A stretch of DNA of 64,000 nucleotides from an uncultured Acidobacteriota bacterium (lineage in GTDB: Bacteria > Acidobacteriota > Thermoanaerobaculia > Gp7-AA8). Location: positions 736,001 to 800,000 of the forward strand of contig CAWGHO010000002.1 in assembly GCA_963822445.1 (NCBI GenBank). The letters are read 5' to 3'. Below, in pieces: positions 19,954 through 29,891 of the stretch. Every line of letters starts with the position of its first letter. Within the stretch, counting starts at the first letter, position 1. Made by a program: the position numbers and the translations under genes. Below the pieces are notes generated by a model that saw nothing but the letters and a program-made list of their open reading frames with translations, ran no database searches and was not told where the DNA came from.

Positions 19954-22317
19954 ATGTTCAACCCCACCTGGTTTTACGTCGGCGCGATTTACGCCGCCGC
20001 GGTCTGGCTGGCCCGCCGCCGCGGGATCGATCTCCCGAAACGCATCGCCGCTTTTTTCTACGCGCTGGTGTTCGTCTTCCTCTACCTGCCGATGACCCAG
20101 GACTACGTCAATCTGCCCGTCGACTTCCTGAACACGATCCAGCCCTGGTCGAACGTCACCGGCGATCAGCCGCATGCGAACTCGGAGATCAACGACGTCA
20201 TCCTGCAGTTCGTGCCGTGGGCGCATCAGGTGCGCGAGAGCTGGAAGGCATTCGAGCCGCCGCTCTGGAATCACTTCGCCGCCAGCGGCTATCCCCTGCT
20301 GGCCAACGGTCAGGCCGCGGCGCTCTCGCCGTTGCGCCTTCTCGCGCTGCCGCTGTCGCTCGGCGATTCGATGACCGCCGAAGCGGCGATGAAGATCCTC
20401 ATCGCGCTCACGTTCACGTTTCTCTACTGCAGGAGGCGCGGCTACTCCGAACTGGCCAGCACGTTTGGCGCGGTGTCCTTCGGCTTCTCGACGTTCATCA
20501 TCGTCTGGCTGCACTTCCCGCACGTCAGCACGGCCTGTTTCGCGCCGGCGGTGCTGTACCTGATCGATCTGCTGGCAGAGCGGCGAACCTATCCGCGATT
20601 CGTCGCCGCGGCCGTGGTCTGGACGTTCATGCTCTTCGGCGGCCATCCCGAGACCGCGTCGCACATCTTTTTCCTGGCGCTGCTGTATGTGCTGTGGCTG
20701 ATCGTCATCGAACGCGTCGTGACCTGGCGCTTCCTGCTGACCCTCGGCGGCGCGATGACAGTCGCCGCGCTGCTTGCGGCGCCGTTTCTCGTCCCGTTTG
20801 CCGAAGCGCTCACGAAGTCGGAACGCTTCCAGGAGCTGAAGGGCAACTCCGATCACGGCAACGTGCCGTTTTCCGACGCGCGTTCCGCTGTCGTTCTGCT
20901 CTCGCCTCATTTCTACGGTGCGGTGCCTCACGAAAAAACGTGGGGACCAGCCCACACCGAGTCGATCAGCGGCTTCGCCGGCATCCTCGGCATCGCCGCC
21001 TGGTTCGCGATGCTCGCCCATGTCATCCGGCGCCGCGCGTGGCGATCGCGGGAGATGTTCTTTCTCGTCGCCACGATCATCGTCCTCGGCGTGATCCTGT
21101 CGTGGCCGGGCATCAACGACGCCTTTCATCTGATTTATGCGCTCGCCGCGAATGCGCGACTGCGGCTGGTGCTGGTGCTGCTGCTGGCGATTCAGACCGC
21201 GGCGGCGATTGATCTCGTAGACCGCCGTACAGCTCTCCTCGGCATCGGCGCCGCGGCGCTACTCGCATGGGTCGTCTTCTTCGCATCCAACTACGCCATT
21301 CCTCATCACCGCGACGCCGCGCTCTTCGCGCTTCTCCCGAGTTTCGGCGTGCTCCTGATCGCCACGATCGCCGTCCTCGCCAAACGCGAATTCGTGCTGC
21401 TGCTCGTACTGACGGCGGTCATCGGCGAGCTGTGGAACATCGGCAGCGGCTGGAACCCGACCGTGGAAAAGAAATGGATGTATCCGCGAACGCCGCTGCT
21501 CGAGAAGATGGCCGAGATCCAGGCCACGATTCCGAAGAACGAGCCGTTCCGCATCCTCGGCGACGAGTCGACGTTCTTCCCCAACCTCTCGGCGATTTAC
21601 GGCCTGGAAGACGTTCGCGCGCACGACCCGATGGCCAACGGCCGGTATCTGAAGACCCTGCAGAACGTCGTCGGCTACGACTGGAGGCAGTACCACACGC
21701 CCTGGCCGAACGACCTCTACAACCACTTCCTCGACTACCTCAACGTCCGCTTTCTCATCGCGAGCCCGTACGTCAAGGTCGAGCCATCGCAGTGGGCGCT
21801 GCGACATTCGAGTCGCGACGGTCGTATCTTCGAGAACACGATGGTGCTCCCCCGTTTTTACGCCGCGCGGAACGTCATCATCGAGTTCCGCGACGAGGTC
21901 TTCGATCAAAAGCTCAAAGAAATGGATGAGAAGTGGTCGCATACGGCTCTCCTCGATGAGCTCGAGCTCGAGAACCAGCAGATGCACGACGACTTCTTCA
22001 ACCCGCGGCCCGGCGACGCACCGATCGCGACGGTGGAGATGCTGCAGGCGACACCGCGCGACTACCGGATGAAAGTGAAGTCGCCGCGCTACTCGCTCGT
22101 CGTCAGCAGCGTGCCCTGGTGGCCGGGCTGGAAGGCGGAGCGCAACGGCGCCCGCATCGATCCGATCCGCGTCAACGGCGCATTCCTCGGATTCGCCGTG
22201 CCGGAAGGGGAGATGGACGTGCGGGTCTGGTACGACCCCTGGACGTGGAGGCTCGGCGTGATCGCGAGCCTGGCGACGGTGATCGGCCTGATCGCCTTCG
22301 CCGTCCTCCGCCCATGA
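19954..22317 (+). CDS. YfhO-family (GT-C-like) membrane protein, paralog 1
   Basis: PLWN..ASGYPLLANGQ, GGHPE, many TM helices, C-terminal WWPGWKA...VNGAFLG. Confidence 0.85.
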   Translation: MFNPTWFYVGAIYAAAVWLARRRGIDLPKRIAAFFYALVFVFLYLPMTQDYVNLPVDFLNTIQPWSNVTGDQPHANSEINDVILQFVPWAHQVRESWKAFEPPLWNHFAASGYPLLANGQAAALSPLRLLALPLSLGDSMTAEAAMKILIALTFTFLYCRRRGYSELASTFGAVSFGFSTFIIVWLHFPHVSTACFAPAVLYLIDLLAERRTYPRFVAAAVVWTFMLFGGHPETASHIFFLALLYVLWLIVIERVVTWRFLLTLGGAMTVAALLAAPFLVPFAEALTKSERFQELKGNSDHGNVPFSDARSAVVLLSPHFYGAVPHEKTWGPAHTESISGFAGILGIAAWFAMLAHVIRRRAWRSREMFFLVATIIVLGVILSWPGINDAFHLIYALAANARLRLVLVLLLAIQTAAAIDLVDRRTALLGIGAAALLAWVVFFASNYAIPHHRDAALFALLPSFGVLLIATIAVLAKREFVLLLVLTAVIGELWNIGSGWNPTVEKKWMYPRTPLLEKMAEIQATIPKNEPFRILGDESTFFPNLSAIYGLEDVRAHDPMANGRYLKTLQNVVGYDWRQYHTPWPNDLYNHFLDYLNVRFLIASPYVKVEPSQWALRHSSRDGRIFENTMVLPRFYAARNVIIEFRDEVFDQKLKEMDEKWSHTALLDELELENQQMHDDFFNPRPGDAPIATVEMLQATPRDYRMKVKSPRYSLVVSSVPWWPGWKAERNGARIDPIRVNGAFLGFAVPEGEMDVRVWYDPWTWRLGVIASLATVIGLIAFAVLRP

Positions 22318-24707
22318 ATCCCACCTGGATCTACGTCGCCGCGATTTATGCCGCCGCGATTGCCCTCGCGCGCCGCGCGGGCGTGCAGATGCCGGCGCGC
22401 GTGGCGGTCCTGTTCTACCTGCTCGTTCTCGGCTACCTGCTCGAGCCGATGACAGGGCGCGTGGTGAATGTTCACGCCGACATCGTCAGGACCCTTCCGC
22501 CGTGGTCGTTCATCGCCGAGGAGGAGTTGGTCACGCACAACCCGACCATGAACGACGTGCCGCTGCAGATGGTGCCGTGGGCCCACTCCGTGCGCGAAAG
22601 CTGGAAGTCGCTGCAGGCGCCGATCTGGAACGCGACTACGGGATGCGGCATGCCGTTGCTCGGCAATGGACAGAGCTCGGCGCTGTCGCCCATACGCCTC
22701 CTCGCGCTGCCGCTGAACCTCGGTCACGCGATGACGGCCGAAGCAGCGATGAAGTTCCTGATCGCCCTGACGTTCACGTTTCTGTTCTGCCGGCGGCGAT
22801 GGTCGGAAGAAGGCAGCGTCATCGCCGCGGTCACCTTCGCGTTCTCGGGCTTCCTCTTCGCCTGGCTCAACTTCCCGCACACCACGACGGTCTGTCTTTC
22901 TCCGGCGGTCTTCTACGTCATCGATCTCCTCGCCGAGCGGCCCTCGTTCGGAAGGTGCGCATTCGCGGGAGCGGTCGGCGCGGCTGTCGTTTTCGGCGGA
23001 CATCCGGAGACGGCCGCGCAGATGGCCTTCGTCGCGTTCCTCTACGTGCTCTGGCTGCGGCCGTCCCTGAGAAAGCTCGCGGCCATGGGGGGTGCGTTGA
23101 TCATCGCCGTCCTACTGGCGGCTCCGCACCTGGCGATGTTCGCGGAGAGCGTGACCAGGTCGCAGCGATTCGCCAATCTTCAGGTGAAGGCCTGGTCCGA
23201 TGAGCGGCTGCCCGACTCCGAATACCGGGCGGCCATCCCGATTCTGTTGCCGCGCTATTTCGGACCGCTCAACAGGCCGTTCGGGCCGGCCGTCCCGGAT
23301 GGCGTGACCGGCTTTGCAGGAGCGCTGGCTATTGCGGCCTGGTTCGCCGTGGCCTGGCAGGTCATCGCCTCGCGGAAGTGGCGGTCGATGGAAGCCTTTT
23401 TCGTCCTGCTGGCGGTTCTGATCTTCGGCGCGCTCTTCGAGTGGCCGGGGTTCACGGATCTCTTCAACTTCGTCATCCCGCTGAGCGCGCACGCGCGGTT
23501 GCGGCACGTGCTGGGCTTCGCGCTGGCCGTTCTCGCCGCGGCCGCGATCGATCATTCCCGCGTGCGGCGCGCGCCACTGCTCACCGGTCTCGGCATCGTC
23601 GCGATCGGGCTCGTCGCCCTGTTCGCCTTCGTTGAATTTCCGTACGCCGTTCGCGATCGCCGGCCGATGGCCATGCTTCTGGCCATCCCGGCCGCGCTGG
23701 TAATCATCACGGGCGCCGTAGCCGTGTCGTGGCGACGAATGGGCGCGTACGCGGCGTTGATCGTCGCCGTCGTCGCGGAGATGTACACCGGCGGCCGCGG
23801 CTTCAATTCACCGAACGATGAATCGTTCCTGTACGCGCGCACTCCGGTGATCGAGAAGCTCGAGCAGCTTCAGGCCGCGTCCACGGAGCCGTTTCGCGTG
23901 ACCGGTGTCGGGCCGATGCTTTTTCAGAACATCCCCGCCCTCTTCGGATTCGAGGACATCCGCGTCCACGATCCGATGGCCAACGCGCGTTACTTCGATT
24001 TCCTCGCCAGGACGGCGGTGTTCAAACCCGACGAGTACTTCGCGTTCTGGGAGGACCAGACGACGCATGTCCTGGACTTCCTCAACGTCCGCTACGTGAT
24101 GGCCGACCCGGGCGTGGTCATCGCCGATCTGAATCGCTACAGGCTCCGTTACGAAGGTCCGGATGGGCGGATCTACGAGAACAGCACCGTGCTGCCGCGC
24201 TTCTACGCCCCGCGCAACGTCATCGTCGATTTCGACGACAAGGGGTTCGACCGGCGGCTGCGGGAGATGGACGACAAGTGGTGGCACACGGCGCTGCTGG
24301 ACGAGCTCGAGCTCGAGAACCAGCAGATGCACGACGACTTTTTCAATCCGCGACCTCCCGATGCCCCCGAAGCGCGCGTGCAGATCGTGAAATCGTCGGC
24401 GAGGGAGTACCGGATCAACACGACCGCGCCGCGCTACACGCTGGTCGCGAGCAGCATCCCCTGGTGGCCGGGCTGGAAGGTCGAGCGCAACGGCAAGCGC
24501 ATCGATCCCATCCGCGTCAACAGCGCCTTCCTCGGATTCGCCGTGCCGCCCGGCGAGACGAAGGTAAGAGTCTGGTATGACCCATGGAGTTGGAAGGTGG
24601 GAATGGGGTTGAGTGTGATGACGATGATCGCGATTGCGTTACGGGGTTTCGGGGTTACGAGGTTTCGGGGTGGATTCAGAAGACCTCGTAACCCCGAAAC
24701 CTCGTAA
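22314..24707 (+). CDS. YfhO-family membrane protein, paralog 2
   Basis: Colinear with paralog 1, ATGA overlap. The stop lies within a repeat element. Confidence 0.85.
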   Translation: MNPTWIYVAAIYAAAIALARRAGVQMPARVAVLFYLLVLGYLLEPMTGRVVNVHADIVRTLPPWSFIAEEELVTHNPTMNDVPLQMVPWAHSVRESWKSLQAPIWNATTGCGMPLLGNGQSSALSPIRLLALPLNLGHAMTAEAAMKFLIALTFTFLFCRRRWSEEGSVIAAVTFAFSGFLFAWLNFPHTTTVCLSPAVFYVIDLLAERPSFGRCAFAGAVGAAVVFGGHPETAAQMAFVAFLYVLWLRPSLRKLAAMGGALIIAVLLAAPHLAMFAESVTRSQRFANLQVKAWSDERLPDSEYRAAIPILLPRYFGPLNRPFGPAVPDGVTGFAGALAIAAWFAVAWQVIASRKWRSMEAFFVLLAVLIFGALFEWPGFTDLFNFVIPLSAHARLRHVLGFALAVLAAAAIDHSRVRRAPLLTGLGIVAIGLVALFAFVEFPYAVRDRRPMAMLLAIPAALVIITGAVAVSWRRMGAYAALIVAVVAEMYTGGRGFNSPNDESFLYARTPVIEKLEQLQAASTEPFRVTGVGPMLFQNIPALFGFEDIRVHDPMANARYFDFLARTAVFKPDEYFAFWEDQTTHVLDFLNVRYVMADPGVVIADLNRYRLRYEGPDGRIYENSTVLPRFYAPRNVIVDFDDKGFDRRLREMDDKWWHTALLDELELENQQMHDDFFNPRPPDAPEARVQIVKSSAREYRINTTAPRYTLVASSIPWWPGWKVERNGKRIDPIRVNSAFLGFAVPPGETKVRVWYDPWSWKVGMGLSVMTMIAIALRGFGVTRFRGGFRRPRNPETS

Positions 24708-24717
24708 CCCCGCAACC
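24638..24717. repeat. Inverted octamer-array element, unit GGTTNCGR
   Basis: Four units, spacer TGGATTCAGAAGA, four reverse-complement units. Confidence 0.9.
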
Positions 24718-24723
24718 TGAGCG

Positions 24724-25506
24724 TCAGCGAAACTTCTTGTTCAACCGCTCCCTCGCCAGCGAATCCACTCTCGCCAACTGCGGACTGAGCACCTCGCGCT
24801 GTTTGGCGACGAGCTGGCCGATTCCTGCCTTCGCCAGGGCGAGCATGGCCTGCATGTCGTCGTCGCTGAACGTGGCTCCTTCCGCGGTGCCCTGCAGCTC
24901 GACGAAGCGGCCCTTCTCCGTGGCCACGACGTTCATGTCCACGCCGGCCTTCGAGTCCTCGCCGTAATTCAGATCGAGGGTCGGCACGCCGCCGATCATC
25001 CCCACCGAGATCGCGGCGATGAAGTCGATGATCGGCCAGCTTCCCATCGCGCCGTCGATGTAGAGCCGCGACAGCGCCAGCACCAGCGCGACGTACGAGC
25101 CGGTGATCGACGCCGTGCGCGTGCCGCCGTCGGCCTGGATCACGTCGCAATCGATCCACACCGTCCGCTCGCCCATCAGCTCCGTGTTCACCGCCGCGCG
25201 GAGCGAGCGGCCGATCAGCCGCTGAATCTCCATCGTCCGCCCGCCCTGTTTGCCTTTCGCGGCCTCGCGCTCCACGCGATCGGTCGTCGCGCGCGGCAAC
25301 ATTCCGTACTCGGCGGTCACCCACCCTTTGCCGGTGCGGTAGAGAAACGGCGGCACTTTCTCCTGCACGCTGGCCGTGCAGATCACTTTCGTATCGCCGA
25401 CTTCGATCAGCACCGAGCCTTCCGCGTGCTTGATGTAATTCGGACGGATGGTGACCGGTCTCAACTCATGCGCGGCACGGCCGTCCGCGCGTACTTTCTG
25501 GGTCAA
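24724..25506 (-). CDS. rph: Ribonuclease PH
   Basis: [50 protein letters not shown]. Confidence 0.95.
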   Translation of the reverse strand: MTQKVRADGRAAHELRPVTIRPNYIKHAEGSVLIEVGDTKVICTASVQEKVPPFLYRTGKGWVTAEYGMLPRATTDRVEREAAKGKQGGRTMEIQRLIGRSLRAAVNTELMGERTVWIDCDVIQADGGTRTASITGSYVALVLALSRLYIDGAMGSWPIIDFIAAISVGMIGGVPTLDLNYGEDSKAGVDMNVVATEKGRFVELQGTAEGATFSDDDMQAMLALAKAGIGQLVAKQREVLSPQLARVDSLARERLNKKFR

Positions 25507-26765
25507 ACAGTCACTCCCTCTTCCACCTTCGCACCCTTGGGCACGACCACGATCCCTGAATCCGTCACCGTGAAACGGGCCCGGTCCTGCTCGATGTCGT
25601 AGCCGATGACCGTTCCCGGCGGCAGCTTCACGCCCTTGTCGATGATCGTGCGGCGGATCTTCGAATGCCGCCCGACCTCGACGCCGTCCATGAGAATCGA
25701 CTCATCGACGTCCGCGTACGAATTCACGCGAACGCGCGGATGCAGAACGCAACGGTTGATCGTCCCGCCGGAGAGGATGCAGCCGTCGGAGACGAGGGAG
25801 TCGGTCGCGATTCCGATGCGCTGCGACTCCTTGTCCGCGAAGACGAACTTCGCCGGCGGCTGGTGCATCGGCGCCGACACCATCGGCCAGAGCTGGTTGT
25901 ACAGATTGAACATCGGCGTGACCGCGACGAGATCGAGCGCCGCCGCGAAGTACGAATCGATCGTTCCCACGTCCCGCCAGTACCCGCGGTTGATCGCGTC
26001 CTCGCCTGGAATCACGTTCTTCGCGAAGTCGTACGCATACACCTTCATCTTCGGATACATCTGCGGGATGACTTCCTTGCCGAAGTCGATGCCGGCGTTG
26101 CGCAACGAGTTCTTCTGCAGGACGTCGATCATCACGTTCGACTTGAAGATGTAGTTGCCCATCGAGGCCAGGATCTGGTCGGGCCGTCCGGGAATGGTCT
26201 TCGCGCCGGTCTTCGGCTTCTCCACGAACCCGGTCACGCGAAAGTCGGAGTCGACTTCGACGACGCCGAACTGGTGGGCCTCTTCGACGGGCACGGGAAT
26301 CGTGGCGATGGTCAGGTCGGCATCATTGGCGATGTGCTCCTGGAGCATCTGATTCACATCCATCTTGTAGATGTGATCGCCGCCGAACACGCAGACGTAC
26401 TCCGGCTCTTCGTCGAAGATCAGCTCGAGGTTCTGAAAGACGGCGTCGGCCGTCCCGCGGAACCAGAACGGCCCTTTGCGCATCTGCGCTGGCACGACGT
26501 CGACGTACTGGCCGATCTCCGGCACGAGCCGCCAGGTCCTGGTGATGTGCTCGATCAGCGAGTTCGATTTGAACTGCGTGAGCACCTTGATCTTGAAGAA
26601 GCCGGAGTTGATGAAGTTGTTGATGACGAAGTCGATGATCCGGTACCGCCCGCCGAACGGCACGGCCGGCTTGGCGCGATCCCGCGTCAGGGGGAAGAGG
26701 CGCTCCCCCATCCCGCCGGCGAGAACCATCGTCAGCACATCACGACGCGACAGTGTTCCGTACAT
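25503..26765 (-). CDS. glgC: Glucose-1-phosphate adenylyltransferase
   Basis: [43 protein letters not shown]. Confidence 0.95.
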   Translation of the reverse strand: MYGTLSRRDVLTMVLAGGMGERLFPLTRDRAKPAVPFGGRYRIIDFVINNFINSGFFKIKVLTQFKSNSLIEHITRTWRLVPEIGQYVDVVPAQMRKGPFWFRGTADAVFQNLELIFDEEPEYVCVFGGDHIYKMDVNQMLQEHIANDADLTIATIPVPVEEAHQFGVVEVDSDFRVTGFVEKPKTGAKTIPGRPDQILASMGNYIFKSNVMIDVLQKNSLRNAGIDFGKEVIPQMYPKMKVYAYDFAKNVIPGEDAINRGYWRDVGTIDSYFAAALDLVAVTPMFNLYNQLWPMVSAPMHQPPAKFVFADKESQRIGIATDSLVSDGCILSGGTINRCVLHPRVRVNSYADVDESILMDGVEVGRHSKIRRTIIDKGVKLPPGTVIGYDIEQDRARFTVTDSGIVVVPKGAKVEEGVTV

Positions 26766-26817
26766 GGCCACCTTGAAACCGATTCTTTTGCTTCGACCGC
26801 AGGAAAGCAAATCCCGT

Positions 26818-26891
26818 GTCAGTGGTCAGTCGTCAGTGGTCAGTGGTCAGACCCGCCCCGTCGGACAACTGACCACTGACCACTGACCACT
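26818..26891. repeat. Inverted heptamer-array element, unit GTCAGTG
   Basis: (GTCAGTG/C)x4, 18-bp spacer, (CTGACCA)x3, between divergent genes. Confidence 0.88.
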
Positions 26892-26908
26892 AGTAAACTC
26901 CGCCCCGC

Positions 26909-27817
26909 ATGGCCGAGAAGGACTACTACGAGATCCTCGGCGTCAAGAAAACCGCCACGGACGAAGAGCTCAAGAAGGCGTATCGCAATCTCGCCAAGAA
27001 GTACCACCCCGACAAGAACAAGGGGAACAAAGAGGCGGAGGCGAAGTTCAAGGAGATCTCCGAGGCGTACGCCGTGCTCTCGGACAAAGACAAGCGCGAC
27101 CAGTACGACAGACTCGGCCGCGAAGCGTTCGGACCGGGCGGCGCGAATCCGTTCGCGGGCTTCGATTTCTCCGAGTTCATGGGCGGCGGAGGCGCGCGCG
27201 GTCGCAAAGCCGGCGGCCGCGGCGGCGCGCGAACGGTCGACTTCACCGATATCTTCGGCGACCTGTTCGGCGGAGCCGGCGGCGGCCGCGGTGGTTTCGG
27301 CGGATTCGAGAATGCCGAGCCGCCGGTCATGCAGGCCGAGCTGACCATCGAGTTCCGCGACGCCATCCAGGGCAACACCATGGCCCTGACCCTCAACGGC
27401 GAGCCGATCCGGGTGAAGATCCCCGAGGGCATCGGCAACGGGCAGAAGATCCGCGTTCCCAGAAAAGGGAGCACGATCGAGATCACCGTGCGCGTCAAAC
27501 CGCATCCGCTGTTCGAACGGCGCGGCGACGACATTCACATCGAGCTGCCCATCACCATCGGCGAAGCGATCCGCGGCGCGGAGATCGACGTGCCCACCAT
27601 CCACGGCAACGTCCGCATGCGCATCCCCGCCGGAACCCAGGCCGGCCGCACCATGCGCCTGACCGGCAAAGGCGTGAAAAAGAAAAACGGCACGGTTGGT
27701 GATCAGTACAACCGGATCGTGGTGATGGTGCCGTCCGAGGCGCCTTCGGATGCGGTTGATGCGCTCGAAGGGGCGTATCGGGAGAGTCCGCGGGTTAATT
27801 TGAAGGTTACGTTATGA
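26909..27817 (+). CDS. DnaJ class B / CbpA-like chaperone (no zinc finger)
   Basis: DYYEILGV...HPD J-domain, G/F-rich linker, DnaJ C-terminal domain. Confidence 0.9.
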   Translation: MAEKDYYEILGVKKTATDEELKKAYRNLAKKYHPDKNKGNKEAEAKFKEISEAYAVLSDKDKRDQYDRLGREAFGPGGANPFAGFDFSEFMGGGGARGRKAGGRGGARTVDFTDIFGDLFGGAGGGRGGFGGFENAEPPVMQAELTIEFRDAIQGNTMALTLNGEPIRVKIPEGIGNGQKIRVPRKGSTIEITVRVKPHPLFERRGDDIHIELPITIGEAIRGAEIDVPTIHGNVRMRIPAGTQAGRTMRLTGKGVKKKNGTVGDQYNRIVVMVPSEAPSDAVDALEGAYRESPRVNLKVTL

Positions 27818-27899
27818 GTTGCGGGGTTACGAGGTCACGGGGTTACGGGGCAGAAAAACCACCTCGCAACCCCGCAACCCCGTAACCCCGAAACCCCGA
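27818..27899. repeat. Inverted octamer-array element, unit GGTTNCGR
   Basis: Four units directly after the stop, spacer CAGAAAAACCA, then about 4.5 reverse-complement units. Confidence 0.9.
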
Positions 27900-27901
27900 G
27901 A

Positions 27902-28330
27902 ATGCACATCCAACTCCTCCGCACCGACACCACCTCCCTCAAGGTCGACGCCCTCGTCTACCCGGAAGAGGCGCCGTCGGATCTGAACGACGGGCGGGCG
28001 GTGGTCACGACGGGCGGCAATCTGTTCTGCCGGTTCGTGATTCACGTGAAAGTCTCGAAAGCCGATGAACCCGATGCCGACGCGAAGTTGCGGGCGTCGA
28101 CGATCGCCGCGCTGGAGCGTGCCGAGGAGCTGGCCATCGCTTCCGTGGGGCTGCCGGCGATCGGCTCGGGACCGTTCGGATTCGACACGGAACGGTGCGC
28201 CCGGTTGATGCTCTCGGCGACGCGAGACTTCAGCAACCGCGCCCGCTCCCTCCAACGCGCGGTATTCTGCCTCCTCGGCGCGGAGGAGTACGCGATCTTC
28301 GAGCGCGTGCTGCAGGAGCTCGATCGTTGA
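27902..28330 (+). CDS. Macro-domain protein (shortened)
   Basis: DT..LKVDALV, TTGGNL, VIHV, LPAIGSGPFGF. Lacks the NAAN/GGGV segment. Confidence 0.75.
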   Translation: MHIQLLRTDTTSLKVDALVYPEEAPSDLNDGRAVVTTGGNLFCRFVIHVKVSKADEPDADAKLRASTIAALERAEELAIASVGLPAIGSGPFGFDTERCARLMLSATRDFSNRARSLQRAVFCLLGAEEYAIFERVLQELDR

Positions 28331-29034
28331 TCTACATCATTGGGGACTCGCACATCGGCCTCGGCGAAGGCGCGGAACGTCGCATCAGCGACTGGATCGA
28401 CCGCCTCATTCCGCTCAAGCCGACCGCGCTCTACCTCAACGGCGATCTCTTTCACTACCTCATCGCCCACCGCAACTTCCGCACGAGCGCGGTCGAGAAA
28501 GTCATGCAGAAGTTCGCCGCTCTGCGCGACAGCGGCGCCGCGGTTCATTACGTCGAAGGCAATCGCGACTTCTTCCTCAAAGGCTCATTCGTCGAAGACT
28601 TCGTGACCGACGTCGCCTTCGAGTTCGCGATCTCCGCCGGGCCGCATCGCTACGTCGTCGTGCACGGCGACATGATCAACGACCGCGACTGGAAGTACTT
28701 CTTCTGGCGGCGCGCGTCAAAGAACCCGCTGACGAAGCTCGCCGTGACCATGATCCCGAAGAAGACCGCGCGCAAGCTCGTCGATCGCGTGGAAAAGAAG
28801 CTGGCCCGCTCGAACTTCAAGCACAAGACCAAACTGCCGCTGGAGCTGATGAAGGCCTACGGCGACAAGCGCAGCCGCGACGGATTCACAGACGTCGTCT
28901 TCGGACACTTCCACCACAAGATGATCCTGCCGGCCTCGAATTCGACGGTGACCGTGCTGCCGGCGTGGTACGAGTCCGGCGAGGCCCTGCGCATCGATCC
29001 AAAGACCGGCGCGGCCGACTTCGTGGTGATCTGA
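28327..29034 (+). CDS. lpxH: UDP-2,3-diacylglucosamine hydrolase-like metallophosphoesterase
   Basis: GDSH, NGDLF, EGNRDF, HGD, FGHFH. TTGA overlap start. Confidence 0.75.
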   Translation: MIYIIGDSHIGLGEGAERRISDWIDRLIPLKPTALYLNGDLFHYLIAHRNFRTSAVEKVMQKFAALRDSGAAVHYVEGNRDFFLKGSFVEDFVTDVAFEFAISAGPHRYVVVHGDMINDRDWKYFFWRRASKNPLTKLAVTMIPKKTARKLVDRVEKKLARSNFKHKTKLPLELMKAYGDKRSRDGFTDVVFGHFHHKMILPASNSTVTVLPAWYESGEALRIDPKTGAADFVVI

Positions 29035-29795
29035 TGCGGATCACGTTTCTCGGAACCGGCACGTCCACCGGCGTTCCCGTCATCGGCTGTCGTTGCCGCG
29101 TGTGCACGTCCACCAATCCGAAAAACACGCGCCTGCGGCAGTCCGTCGCGATCGAGAGCAACGGCAAGCATTTCCTGATCGACACGACGCCCGACCTCCG
29201 TTTTCAGCTTCTGCAACATCCCATTCCCCGCCTCGACTTCATCCTCTTCACCCATTCCCACTCCGACCATCTGATGGGACTCGACGACATCCGCCCGTTC
29301 AATTTCCGCCAGCGGGAAGTGGTCCACGCGTTCGCGAACGCGAATACGGAGAAAGCGGTGCGCCGCGCGTTCAGCTACATCTGGGACGACTCCCAGATCG
29401 GCGGAGGCAAACCGCAGCTCGAGGTGCACGCGGTCGAGGAGCCGTTCACCCACGAAGGCATCGAGATCATCCCCATCCCCGTCACCCACGGGAACTGGAC
29501 GATCCTCGGATACCGCATCGGCAACTTCGCCTACATCACCGATACGAACGGCATCCCCGACGCGTCGATGAAACTCCTCGAAGGCGTGGAAATGCTCGCC
29601 CTCGATGGTCTTCGCGCCGCGCCGCGACATCCGACGCACTTCACCATCGGCGAAGCGGTCGAGGTCGCGCAACGCATAGGCGCGCGCGAGACCTGGCTCA
29701 TTCATCTGACGCATGAAGTCGAGCACGACGAGGTCGAGGCCACACTGCCGGTGGGCGTGCGGCTCGCGTACGACGGGCTGGTGCTCGAGGTCTGA
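29034..29795 (+). CDS. MBL-fold metallohydrolase (PhnP-like)
   Basis: FLGTGTSTGVPVIGC.C.VC, THSHSDH, AYDGL. Confidence 0.9.
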   Translation: MRITFLGTGTSTGVPVIGCRCRVCTSTNPKNTRLRQSVAIESNGKHFLIDTTPDLRFQLLQHPIPRLDFILFTHSHSDHLMGLDDIRPFNFRQREVVHAFANANTEKAVRRAFSYIWDDSQIGGGKPQLEVHAVEEPFTHEGIEIIPIPVTHGNWTILGYRIGNFAYITDTNGIPDASMKLLEGVEMLALDGLRAAPRHPTHFTIGEAVEVAQRIGARETWLIHLTHEVEHDEVEATLPVGVRLAYDGLVLEV

Positions 29796-29888
29796 AATGC
29801 AGAATGCAGAATGCAGAATGCAGAACCGGCCCACGTTACGTCGGGTCGATCTCACCTTTTTGCATTCTGCATTCTGCATTCTGCATTC
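29796..29888. repeat. Inverted heptamer-array element, unit GAATGCA
   Basis: (AATGCAG)x4, about 31-bp spacer, (TGCATTC)x4, filling the gap between the stop and aroA. Confidence 0.9.
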
Positions 29889-29891
29889 GTC

